In this document: piece after piece, positions 18,855 to 27,431 of the stretch
How positions within the stretch are numbered: the first letter of the stretch is position 1
Layout: every line of letters starts with the position of its first letter
Source of the DNA: Candidatus Pollutiaquabacter sp.
GTDB lineage: Bacteria > Bacteroidota > Bacteroidia > AKYH767-A > 2013-40CM-41-45
Assembly: GCA_903854075.1 (NCBI GenBank)
Contig: CAINVI010000089.1
Coordinates: 1-35,852 of the forward strand
Length of the DNA stretch: 35,852 nt
Direction of reading: 5' to 3'
Translations under genes and position numbers: made by a program
Notes under the pieces: generated by a model
Told to the model about the DNA's origin: nothing
What the model saw: only the letters and a program-made list of their open reading frames with translations
Database searches by the model: none

Positions 18855-19802
18855 TTACATCACCGGATGCTGGAGATGGACGAGCATATCATCCGTCATT
18901 TTAGCTAAATCAAATTCGTGTCGCCAGCCCCAATCTTTACGTGCAGCAGCATCATCGAAACTTCTTGGCCAGGAATCTGCAATTTGCTGACGGCTGTCCG
19001 GTTTATAAGAAATCGAGAATCCGGGAATATGTTTTTCAATTTCAAGAGCAATGTCTTTCGGTGTAAAGCTCATGGCTGCCACATTGTAGCTAGAACGTAT
19101 CTTAATGTGATCTGCAGCGGCATCCATGATTCCGATGGTCGCACGGAGAGCATCCGGCATATACATCATCGGCAGCATGGTATCTTCGGATAAAAACGCT
19201 TCGTATTTTTTACTCCGGAGCGCTTCATGAAAGATGTGTACCGCATAATCCGTAGTACCGCCACCGGGCTCAGATTTCCAACCGATCAGACCGGGATAGC
19301 GCAGACTTCGCACATCTACTCCAAATTTTTGGTGGTAATATTCACACCAGCGTTCGCCGGCTAACTTACTGATTCCATAAACCGTATTTGGCTCGGTAAT
19401 CGTGTATTGCGGTGTGTTATCGCGTGGTGTGGTGGGACCGAAAACAGCAATAGAACTAGGCCAAAACAATTTGAACGACTGTTCACGTGCCAGGTCAAGC
19501 ACGCCCAGCAATCCTTCCATATTCAAACGCCAGGCCGTCTTCACCTTTTGTTCTGCGGTGGCGGAAAGCAAGGCCGCTAACAGATAAACCTGTTTGACAT
19601 TATTACGACGCATGACTTCATGAAGTCCTGAAGTATCCAGCACATCCACTTGCTCAAACGGACCGGTTCCTTCTAATGCAGCGTTGGCAGGTTTGATATC
19701 GGTAGCGATTACGGTGCTTTCTCCATGGCGGTGGCGCAATTCTTCCACCAGCTCGGTGCCGATTTGCCCGTTTGCTCCGATTACCAGAATGGACTCTTTC
19801 AT
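18855..19802 (-). CDS. SDR-type L-threonine 3-dehydrogenase (NAD-dependent epimerase/dehydratase family)
   Basis: GANGQIG, LAALLSA, PSSIAVFG, YGISK, GGGTTDYA, RQQIADSWP. TATTTTTG promoter element at 19823..19830. Confidence 0.88.
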   Translation of the reverse strand: MKESILVIGANGQIGTELVEELRHRHGESTVIATDIKPANAALEGTGPFEQVDVLDTSGLHEVMRRNNVKQVYLLAALLSATAEQKVKTAWRLNMEGLLGVLDLAREQSFKLFWPSSIAVFGPTTPRDNTPQYTITEPNTVYGISKLAGERWCEYYHQKFGVDVRSLRYPGLIGWKSEPGGGTTDYAVHIFHEALRSKKYEAFLSEDTMLPMMYMPDALRATIGIMDAAADHIKIRSSYNVAAMSFTPKDIALEIEKHIPGFSISYKPDSRQQIADSWPRSFDDAAARKDWGWRHEFDLAKMTDDMLVHLQHPVM

Positions 19803-19919
19803 TTTCAGGTCGTTTGAGATGTCAAAAATACGAATTCCCTACCAAAAAGGAACGGGGATCAGACGGCAGAAAATACTTCTGTACCGACCAATCCCCGCTA
19901 AAAATGCGTTTGTTTCGAC

Positions 19920-21473
19920 TTAATGAGCAACCTGAATCCGCCTTGTTACGGATTCGCCAGTTGAGCCGAGCAGCTGGAGCATATAGATGCCCGACGGCAA
20001 CCGACTCAGGTCCAGTTGAGCCGAATCCGTACCAGTAAATCGCGCGACCACCTGGCCGGAAATATCGAAAAGCTGACCGTTAAAACGACCGCCATTTTTC
20101 AACTGGAGGTATAGCACGTCTTTTACAGGATTTGGATACACGTCTATGGACGCAGCATTGGCATACTCGTTTATGCCGGCTGTCAGGCACAATACAGTAG
20201 GATTTACCGTCGATATCGTTCCCACCACGGCAGGAACTGCTGTTCCGGTGTTGGTCAATGCAGCAGAAAATGGATTAACGGCAGATGGAGGAATTGTGCT
20301 GGCTGCTGCAACCGTTGGTGTAAATGAAGCCTGATTACAACCACTTTGACCGAGCGCGTCCGTTTTCACGACATACACATCAAAATCGGTGTATTGTCCG
20401 CTGCGATCATATTGTCCGATCATTACATATCCGCCATCCGGGGTAGCCACGATATTTGCTGCTTCGTGGTAAGCGCCGGAAGAATAATTGTAGCGATTGC
20501 CCCAAACTACATTTCCAGCAGTATCGACTTCCATTGCTTGCAGAAAGGACGGCCCGTTCATACTGGTAGACAAGCCAAACAAGATGTAATTTCCGTTGGA
20601 GGCGCGTATCAGTTCGCGCGGTGTATCGTCGTTAGAAGAAGCGTATTTTTTTGATAACGATGCAGTCCCGGCAAGGTCGGTTCTCACCAGACCAAAAGCA
20701 GAACCCATCAGTCCAGAAACCTGATTCAACGTTACATATTCTCCATTTCCTTCCTCTAACGCTCCAACGCTGAATCCACTGCCAAAGCCCAAAGGAATAT
20801 CCCCGATGAATCCGCCGAGAGAATCCAAGACGACCAACATCGAAGAGTAGGTGTAAATAATTCCATAACGATTAGATCCTAAAGGGACACATTCAAAAAA
20901 CGGACAAGCTATACCATCGGCGTAATAACTTTCCGTACGAACCGATCCATCGCTTTTGATTCGCAATACGCCCATTCGGCGTTGTCCACCCAGCGAGAAC
21001 GATCCGCCGATGACGTACGTACCATCTTCCGCCTGAAAAATACTATTTCCATTGTTGCCGGAACCGCCACCGTAGGTGCGTGTCCACACGGTATCACCGG
21101 CAACATCCGTCTTGATGACGTAAATCTGTGCAGCGCTAAATCCAAAATTTTGGGTAGAGCCCACCAACAGATAACCACCTTCATTAAGTTGAATGACGCG
21201 GTAGCTGGTAAACAGGTTAGAACCGCTGGTATATCCTCCGCTATAGGTTTTATTCCATTGTACGTTTCCTGACTGATCCAGCTTGAGCAAAAAGGCGGAT
21301 TGCGTACCGGTTGCATATTGCAAACCGGCGACGATATAACCACCATCGGCAGTAGGTTTAATATCACTGGCTTGCTCGGAAGCGCCAAGGTCAATCGTCG
21401 TCTGAAATTGAACCTGGGCATAGGCCGAAGCGGAAAGTAGTCCGGCAATGGCGAAAAGAACAACTTTTTTCAT
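19920..21473 (-). CDS. T9SS type A cargo with repeated DGGY...G / W-x-x-TY-x-G beta-propeller-like repeats
   Basis: Signal MKKVVLFAIAGLLSASAYA-Q; repeats such as TADGGYIVAG, WNKTYSG, WTRTYGG, TPDGGYVMIG; CTD VYPNPVKD...LPSGIYML. Confidence 0.85.
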   Translation of the reverse strand: MKKVVLFAIAGLLSASAYAQVQFQTTIDLGASEQASDIKPTADGGYIVAGLQYATGTQSAFLLKLDQSGNVQWNKTYSGGYTSGSNLFTSYRVIQLNEGGYLLVGSTQNFGFSAAQIYVIKTDVAGDTVWTRTYGGGSGNNGNSIFQAEDGTYVIGGSFSLGGQRRMGVLRIKSDGSVRTESYYADGIACPFFECVPLGSNRYGIIYTYSSMLVVLDSLGGFIGDIPLGFGSGFSVGALEEGNGEYVTLNQVSGLMGSAFGLVRTDLAGTASLSKKYASSNDDTPRELIRASNGNYILFGLSTSMNGPSFLQAMEVDTAGNVVWGNRYNYSSGAYHEAANIVATPDGGYVMIGQYDRSGQYTDFDVYVVKTDALGQSGCNQASFTPTVAAASTIPPSAVNPFSAALTNTGTAVPAVVGTISTVNPTVLCLTAGINEYANAASIDVYPNPVKDVLYLQLKNGGRFNGQLFDISGQVVARFTGTDSAQLDLSRLPSGIYMLQLLGSTGESVTRRIQVAH

Positions 21474-21680
21474 GGAATTCATGTAAACAATTATTTGGCT
21501 GAACGGGTTTATAAGAGAGACGAATATACGCCGAATCGGCATCTATTAGTCGCCAATCAATAGATTTTATCCGCTGAATTTTCACGGAAAAAGAATGCTT
21601 AACTTCGTGAAAGAAAATCGATCTGTAGCGCTCAATAACCGGCAGCTTATCGCGTTATTACACGCTATGCAATATCCATT

Positions 21681-24050
21681 ATGAAATCCATTTTTCGTCT
21701 GTTGCTTATAGTCATCGTTTTCGGGTACGGCGTCTTTTCCGCCGATACCTCTTTTTCGCAAGGACTTCCGGTCGCCATCGGCAACTGGCGGGACCACGTT
21801 CCTTACAGTAAAGCGATCAATATTGAAGAGGTAAATGACCGGATTTACTGTGCAAGTCGGTTCGGGCTCTTTAGCTTTCAGAAATTCGACGGCGGACTGA
21901 ACCGTTTCACCCGGCTCAACGGACTTTCCGATGTGGAGATCGCAGGCATCTATTACGATCCTGCCACTCGCATCTTACTGATCAGTTATGAAAACTCAAA
22001 CATCGATCTTTTATATGAAAACGATTTATCGATCGTAAACATTCCTGATATAAAACGAAAGAACATTGTAGGGGGCAAACGAATAAATGACGCATTGTTT
22101 TACAACCGAAAAGCATATCTGGCCACAGACTTTGGAATCGTCGTTGTTGATCTTGAGCGCCAGGAAATAAAAGACACCTATTATATTGGTTCGGGCGGTA
22201 GTAATCTTATCGTGAACGGACTTGCCTTCAACGGAACGGAATTACTCGCAGCGACCTCTTCCGGCATGCGTACGGCTCGCATCAACGATCCCAATATTTT
22301 CAATTTTACGGGATGGACGCAGGAAACCGGAGGATTGAGTGACGTCTCTGCACGATTCACCTCCGCAACGTCGTTCAACGGAAATTTTATTGCTGTTATA
22401 TCTGAAGAAAACGGAACTGCCGACACAGTACTTCAACGTACCAATGGCAATTGGCAGGTTTTACTTTCCGAATATACACGTGGCGCACGCGTTGATTCAC
22501 TTCACCGCAATTTTATCTACTCGAATCAGCTAAAAGCGCTAGCGTATGACAGCACATTATCCTTGTATCGGAATGTGGACGGAAACACCTACTACCCGCC
22601 ACAAATCAACGACGCCTTTGTTGATGTGAACGGCCAATACTGGCTGGCCGATAACCAGCGTGGACTCGTTCAAGTCAACTTCAATCCGGATTATGTACTG
22701 AACCATGCGCCATCAGGACCTGGATCTGAAGCGGTGTATGCCATGGACTCGCGCGGCGGAACGCTATGGGTCGCTTCAGGATCATTGTCCGGCTTTGCAC
22801 CACAATATGACGCTAAGAATGGCTGCTATGTATTAAGTGATAACGACTGGAAATCTTTCAACCGATCCAACGACACCTTGTACGACCGCATTAACTTGCC
22901 GGCCATGGTGGCGGTGGCCGTTGATCCGAACGATCCAAAGCACGCTTACTTCGGCAACTGGCGCGGTGGAGTTCTCGAATACAATACCAACGGCGGTACC
23001 CGGCAATACAATGAGGCCAACAGTACGCTGTTGTCAAAAACAGGACTGCAGAATTATATTCTTGCCGGTGGTATTACGTATGACAGCAACGGAACGCTTT
23101 GGGTTGCGGCAGGAGGAACAACTTCACCGATCAATGCCCGTTATGCTAACGGCACCTGGAAATCGTTCCAGATCCGGGATGCATCCGTAGCTAATCTGTG
23201 GCTTTTCCAGACACTCGTAGACGATTTCGGCACCAAGTGGGTTATCGCCTACGACGGACCTAGTGCAGGCGCCGGCATTATCGTATTCAATGAAAACGAT
23301 GCTGACAATCCGAACGACGATAGCTACCGGCAATTGACAGACCGTGTCGGCAGTGGCGCATTACCAGATATTTTCGTTCGCTCCATGGCCAAAGATAAAG
23401 ATGGTTCCATCTGGGTGGGCACGAATAAAGGTGTTGGTGTTTTCTATAATCCGTCCGACATTTTCAGCACTACAAATTTTGATGCACAACGAGTGATCAT
23501 CGAACAAGACGGTTACGCGCAATATCTCCTGGAATCGGAATACGTTACATCCGTAGTGATCGACGGTGCTAACCGCAAATGGTTCGGGACGTATGGCGGT
23601 GGAGTGTTTTTGCTTTCTGAAGACGGAACGAAGCAGTTACTCAACTTCAACACCGACAACTCTCCCCTTCCTTCCAACAACATTGCCTGTATGACAGTCG
23701 ATAATCTAACGGGTGAATTATTCATTGGAACTGATAAAGGCGTCGTTTCCTATCGTAGCGATGCTACCAGCGGCGGAAGTGTTTGTGACGGCTACTATGC
23801 TTTCCCGAATCCGGTCAAACACGATTACAACGGCCCAATTGCTATCCGTGGACTCGTCGACGACGCTGATGTACGAATTACTGATACGGCAGGCAATCTG
23901 GTGTATCACACCAAAGCGCTCGGCGGCCAAGCGATTTGGGACGGAAAAGATTTTTCAGGCCGTCGCGCAGCGACCGGCATTTATTTTGCGCACGTCACCA
24001 ATATCGACGGCAGCGCAACCTGCGTTACCAAGATCCTGCTGGCCAAGTAA
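21681..24050 (+). CDS. porZ: T9SS component PorZ-like beta-propeller protein
   Basis: IGNWRDHVPYS N-terminus, repeated propeller blades, DGANRKWFGT, NSPLPSN, FPNPV CTD. Lies directly upstream of recO, the usual Bacteroidota arrangement. Confidence 0.85.
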   Translation: MKSIFRLLLIVIVFGYGVFSADTSFSQGLPVAIGNWRDHVPYSKAINIEEVNDRIYCASRFGLFSFQKFDGGLNRFTRLNGLSDVEIAGIYYDPATRILLISYENSNIDLLYENDLSIVNIPDIKRKNIVGGKRINDALFYNRKAYLATDFGIVVVDLERQEIKDTYYIGSGGSNLIVNGLAFNGTELLAATSSGMRTARINDPNIFNFTGWTQETGGLSDVSARFTSATSFNGNFIAVISEENGTADTVLQRTNGNWQVLLSEYTRGARVDSLHRNFIYSNQLKALAYDSTLSLYRNVDGNTYYPPQINDAFVDVNGQYWLADNQRGLVQVNFNPDYVLNHAPSGPGSEAVYAMDSRGGTLWVASGSLSGFAPQYDAKNGCYVLSDNDWKSFNRSNDTLYDRINLPAMVAVAVDPNDPKHAYFGNWRGGVLEYNTNGGTRQYNEANSTLLSKTGLQNYILAGGITYDSNGTLWVAAGGTTSPINARYANGTWKSFQIRDASVANLWLFQTLVDDFGTKWVIAYDGPSAGAGIIVFNENDADNPNDDSYRQLTDRVGSGALPDIFVRSMAKDKDGSIWVGTNKGVGVFYNPSDIFSTTNFDAQRVIIEQDGYAQYLLESEYVTSVVIDGANRKWFGTYGGGVFLLSEDGTKQLLNFNTDNSPLPSNNIACMTVDNLTGELFIGTDKGVVSYRSDATSGGSVCDGYYAFPNPVKHDYNGPIAIRGLVDDADVRITDTAGNLVYHTKALGGQAIWDGKDFSGRRAATGIYFAHVTNIDGSATCVTKILLAK

Positions 24051-24775
24051 TGCTTCACAAAACACGCGGTATAGTTTTTCATACGACAGATTATTCGGAA
24101 ACGAGTATCATCGCAAAAATCTATACCGAACTTTTCGGGGTACAATCCTACATGGTTAACGGCGTTCGTAAACAAAACGCCAGAAACCGATCCAGTATTT
24201 TTCAGCCGCTTTCCCTCGTGGAAATGGTAGTATATCATAAGGAGCGGGGCGGAATTCAACGAATTTCTGAAATCCGTAACACCCCACAATACAAGAATAT
24301 TCCATTTGACGTGGTAAAAACATCGATGGTCCTTTTTCTCTGTGAAGTCATTTATCGTGCTGTCAAGGAAGAAGAAGAAAATTCCGATTTGTTCGAATAC
24401 CTTTTCAATGGACTTCAAGTGCTCGACGTGCAGCCGGAAACCACCGGAAATTTTCATCTGTCTTTTCTATTACGACTTACCCGTTTTCTCGGCTTCTTCC
24501 CGAACGGCGCTTATTCCGAAGATGCGCCATTCTTTAACCTGCAAGACGGAACCTTCGAGGCGCTCACACCTTCTCATCCTTTTTTTCTGGACAAGATCCT
24601 TAGTCGTAAATTCAACGAAGTAATTATTGCTTCGGCCAATCTCAGCGAAACGGTTTTGCTAAGCGCCGCTGAACGTCGCGAGCTCATTGAACGATTGCTC
24701 GAATATTTTCGCTTGCACATCGACGGCTTCGGCGAAGTGAAATCACACAAAGTTTTGGAACAGGTGTGGATGTAG
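24050..24775 (+). CDS. recO: DNA repair protein RecO
   Basis: MLHKTRGIV..YSETSIIAKIYTE..G, FQPLSL, FLLRLTRFLGF. TAATG overlap with porZ. Confidence 0.93.
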   Translation: MLHKTRGIVFHTTDYSETSIIAKIYTELFGVQSYMVNGVRKQNARNRSSIFQPLSLVEMVVYHKERGGIQRISEIRNTPQYKNIPFDVVKTSMVLFLCEVIYRAVKEEEENSDLFEYLFNGLQVLDVQPETTGNFHLSFLLRLTRFLGFFPNGAYSEDAPFFNLQDGTFEALTPSHPFFLDKILSRKFNEVIIASANLSETVLLSAAERRELIERLLEYFRLHIDGFGEVKSHKVLEQVWM

Positions 24776-24778
24776 TGC

Positions 24779-25861
24779 TTAGAGTACGTCCTGAACTTTA
24801 GCGGCTTCTGCGCGACTGAATCGCTTTCGGATCCAACGCGGCAATAAAATCGCACCAATAAACAGATACGGATAATAGCTGATCAGGCGCCAAAGCAAGC
24901 CCAGTGTAGCTGCGAGTCCGGTAGGAATGAACTCGCCTAAAAAATCCGTGAACATGAATTCTGCCAGACCGCTTCCGCCGGGCGTTGGGCTGAATAGTAT
25001 TATGATACCCATGATGACTTGTCGGGCGAAGACGACGTAATTGTCAATGGATGATTGGTTGAACGCGAGAATAAGACAATTGACAATGGAGTAACGCGCC
25101 GTCCAGGAAGCAAACGTGCCGAAAAATGAATAGAACCAAAACTTCCGGTTCTTATTGTTCAATCCTTTCGAAGCGATTACCAGCTGATTACCGGTTTCCA
25201 GCGCACTGTGTTTCCAGCGACGTAACAGCGGCAGGGAAAAGAGTCGCAGTAGAAGGTATTTGATAAACCGCGGGTTGATAAACAAGGCGTAAGCAACAAA
25301 CACCTTGTAGGCAAGAATAATGAAATATACCGCCCAGAACGTATAGAAGAACCCCTTGCTGATCGGGATCATGTTTGCTTCCGACAGCGTGGTAAAAAGT
25401 CGCTCCTTACCGATCGTAAAATAAACGAGCGGCGCCATCAGCGCAAGAAATACGCCGTCCTGGAACGAGGTAACCATCACAGCGGTGATGCTTTTCCCCA
25501 TGTTTATTTTTTCGCGATTCAGGATGAAAATCGCAAAGATGAATCCGCCGCCAATCATTCCGGGAGCAAGTGCAGAAGCAAATTCCCATAGCATGATCAC
25601 ATTGAACGCGTTTCTCCAATTCAACTCATAATCCGTCAGCGCGCGGATACGGATCATATACGCCCAATCGCGTATAATCATCATCAGAAAGGCGGCAAGA
25701 ATCCAGAGCGTGCTGTTCCATGTCCAGTCAATTTTCTCAAACGCCGCCGGATCGAAACTTCGTAATAAGAGGAAGGTCGCTGCACCGAGTCCGAGAAGGA
25801 TCGGTAAAAAAATCCGGGAGGGCCGGAAGTTTCGGAGCAGTTGCCTTGAGTCGGGTTGCAT
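24779..25861 (-). CDS. Lysylphosphatidylglycerol synthase-TM / flippase-like membrane protein
   Basis: Multi-TM protein with RDWAYMIR, EFASALAP..GG, SPTPGGSGLAE, LWRLISYY. Confidence 0.85.
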   Translation of the reverse strand: MQPDSRQLLRNFRPSRIFLPILLGLGAATFLLLRSFDPAAFEKIDWTWNSTLWILAAFLMMIIRDWAYMIRIRALTDYELNWRNAFNVIMLWEFASALAPGMIGGGFIFAIFILNREKINMGKSITAVMVTSFQDGVFLALMAPLVYFTIGKERLFTTLSEANMIPISKGFFYTFWAVYFIILAYKVFVAYALFINPRFIKYLLLRLFSLPLLRRWKHSALETGNQLVIASKGLNNKNRKFWFYSFFGTFASWTARYSIVNCLILAFNQSSIDNYVVFARQVIMGIIILFSPTPGGSGLAEFMFTDFLGEFIPTGLAATLGLLWRLISYYPYLFIGAILLPRWIRKRFSRAEAAKVQDVL

Positions 25862-25880
25862 GCAGGATGCAAGAAAGTGA

Positions 25881-26633
25881 TTATGCGGTCACTTCCTCGG
25901 GTTCACTCAGCCAGAAATTATTGAAACCAATTCCCAGTGTAATTCGGATAACTTGTTCAGCCAGAAGTTCGAGTACGGCCAGGAAGGTGAAGATGGCTTG
26001 TACTTTATTCTCGCAGGAGGTGATAACTTCCGTGAAAGCGACTTTGCGGTGAGCACGGATACGCTCCCGAAGCTGCGTCTTCTCGCCGGCAATCGTATAC
26101 GGATATTGCACCACTTTGTGTTTCACTTTTTTGCTTTCGTTCTCGAAGCGGGTAACCACCTTGTTGAACGTATTGAGCAACTGATAAAGTGTGAGGTTCA
26201 TGAGCTCTTCAGAAGCCGCATTCTGCATGGCGATCTCGGCCAACTCGCGCTGGATGTTTCCGCGAGCAGATTTCAACGAACGGTCTTCTTCCAGCACACG
26301 CATATCTTCGCAAGCTTCTTTGAACTGCTTGTATTGCAGGATGCGTTCTACCAAATCCTTCCGCGGATCGATCTCATTGCCGGCATCGTCCAACTCAGGA
26401 CGAGGCAACAGCATTTTAGCCTTGATCCGCATAAGCGTCGCAGCGACGAGAATGAACTCACTGGCCAGCTCGATATTCAGGTCGTTCATCTGGCGGATGT
26501 ACTCCAAAAAGTCGTTGGTAATACTGGAAATAGGAATATTATGAACGTCGATCTCGTCACGTTCAATGAAGAACAGAAGGAGATCAAACGGCCCTTCGAA
26601 CTGGGGCAATCGGACTTCAAATGCTTTTTCCAC
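25881..26633 (-). CDS. scpA: Segregation and condensation protein A (kleisin)
   Basis: FEGPFDLLLFFI, ASEFILVAATLMRIKAKMLLP, FLAVLEL. GTG start; TAGATTTG at 26653..26660. Confidence 0.93.
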   Translation of the reverse strand: MEKAFEVRLPQFEGPFDLLLFFIERDEIDVHNIPISSITNDFLEYIRQMNDLNIELASEFILVAATLMRIKAKMLLPRPELDDAGNEIDPRKDLVERILQYKQFKEACEDMRVLEEDRSLKSARGNIQRELAEIAMQNAASEELMNLTLYQLLNTFNKVVTRFENESKKVKHKVVQYPYTIAGEKTQLRERIRAHRKVAFTEVITSCENKVQAIFTFLAVLELLAEQVIRITLGIGFNNFWLSEPEEVTA

Positions 26634-26766
26634 AGGAATTAGTGTAAGTATTCAAATCTACGGAATTTCCCCGAAAAGGACTTTAACGAACTTGAATTAG
26701 CTGATATTTAACTGATTAGTCACTAATTGGTTAGAAAACTACGCTTTATCAGCCTCCTACCTTCAG

Positions 26767-27336
26767 TCACCGATTACGCAGTACCCAAAAAACACCGCGC
26801 ACATTGGCCCGCCATTCGTTCAGCAACATAACCAAGATAATCTCTTCAATCAATTCAAGTGTAGTAACGATCGCCGCCACATAAAAAAGTGGATAGAACG
26901 GCGATTGCGTGAAAAACAATAGCAGGAGAAACGTCCCCTGCAGCAATGCCGCCAGTTTGGCCAGAAACGTATGAAAGCTGGTAATGCGTCCGTAACGGAT
27001 GAACGCGAGGAGCGTTTGAAGCACAAACAGGACAAGCATAACTCCAATCGTCCATCGTTGCTCAATCAGAAAATCCTGTTTGAAAAACCATACTCCTAAA
27101 ATCCCGGCCAGGATAGTGAGATCGTCGCCGATAGAATCAAGCTTGGTACCAAAAACGCTGGCCACTTTTAATTTGCGCGCCAGCATACCATCAATCAAAT
27201 CGGTGAAAAAGCAAATACCAAGCAGCCACTTGAAAATATCCTGGCGATCCAGGTAGATGAGTAAAACCAAAAAAGGAAAAGCTATCACCCTAACCCAGGT
27301 GATACCGTTTACCACAAAATAACCTCGATTAACCAC
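26767..27336 (-). CDS. CDP-alcohol phosphatidyltransferase family protein
   Basis: Signature DLIDGMLAR...S.FG..LD..GD; hydrophobic protein. Confidence 0.88.
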   Translation of the reverse strand: MVNRGYFVVNGITWVRVIAFPFLVLLIYLDRQDIFKWLLGICFFTDLIDGMLARKLKVASVFGTKLDSIGDDLTILAGILGVWFFKQDFLIEQRWTIGVMLVLFVLQTLLAFIRYGRITSFHTFLAKLAALLQGTFLLLLFFTQSPFYPLFYVAAIVTTLELIEEIILVMLLNEWRANVRGVFWVLRNR

Positions 27337-27381
27337 GCATTAAAATTACGAAAGTTCCGAAGCCTTCAAACATGATGTGAC

Positions 27382-27395
27382 GTGACGTAAGTCAT
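27382..27395. promoter_or_regulatory. FNR/CRP-like palindrome upstream of ppsA
   Basis: gTGAC-GTAA-GTCAt, centred ~43 nt upstream of ATG 27432; weak -7-like TACATTGG at 27418..27425. Confidence 0.45.
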
Positions 27396-27431
27396 AGGGC
27401 CGCTGCATTCAAACGATTACATTGGTCGACT

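Noticed and set aside
25881-26633. scpA without scpB/smc as a Wadjet/Mks-type defence system
   Set aside because: The sequence is a canonical ScpA, the neighbours are housekeeping genes, and no JetB/C/D-like genes are present.
25953-26642. 229-aa ORF antisense to scpA
   Set aside because: Almost entirely overlaps scpA on the opposite strand and has no domain signature; typical codon-bias shadow.
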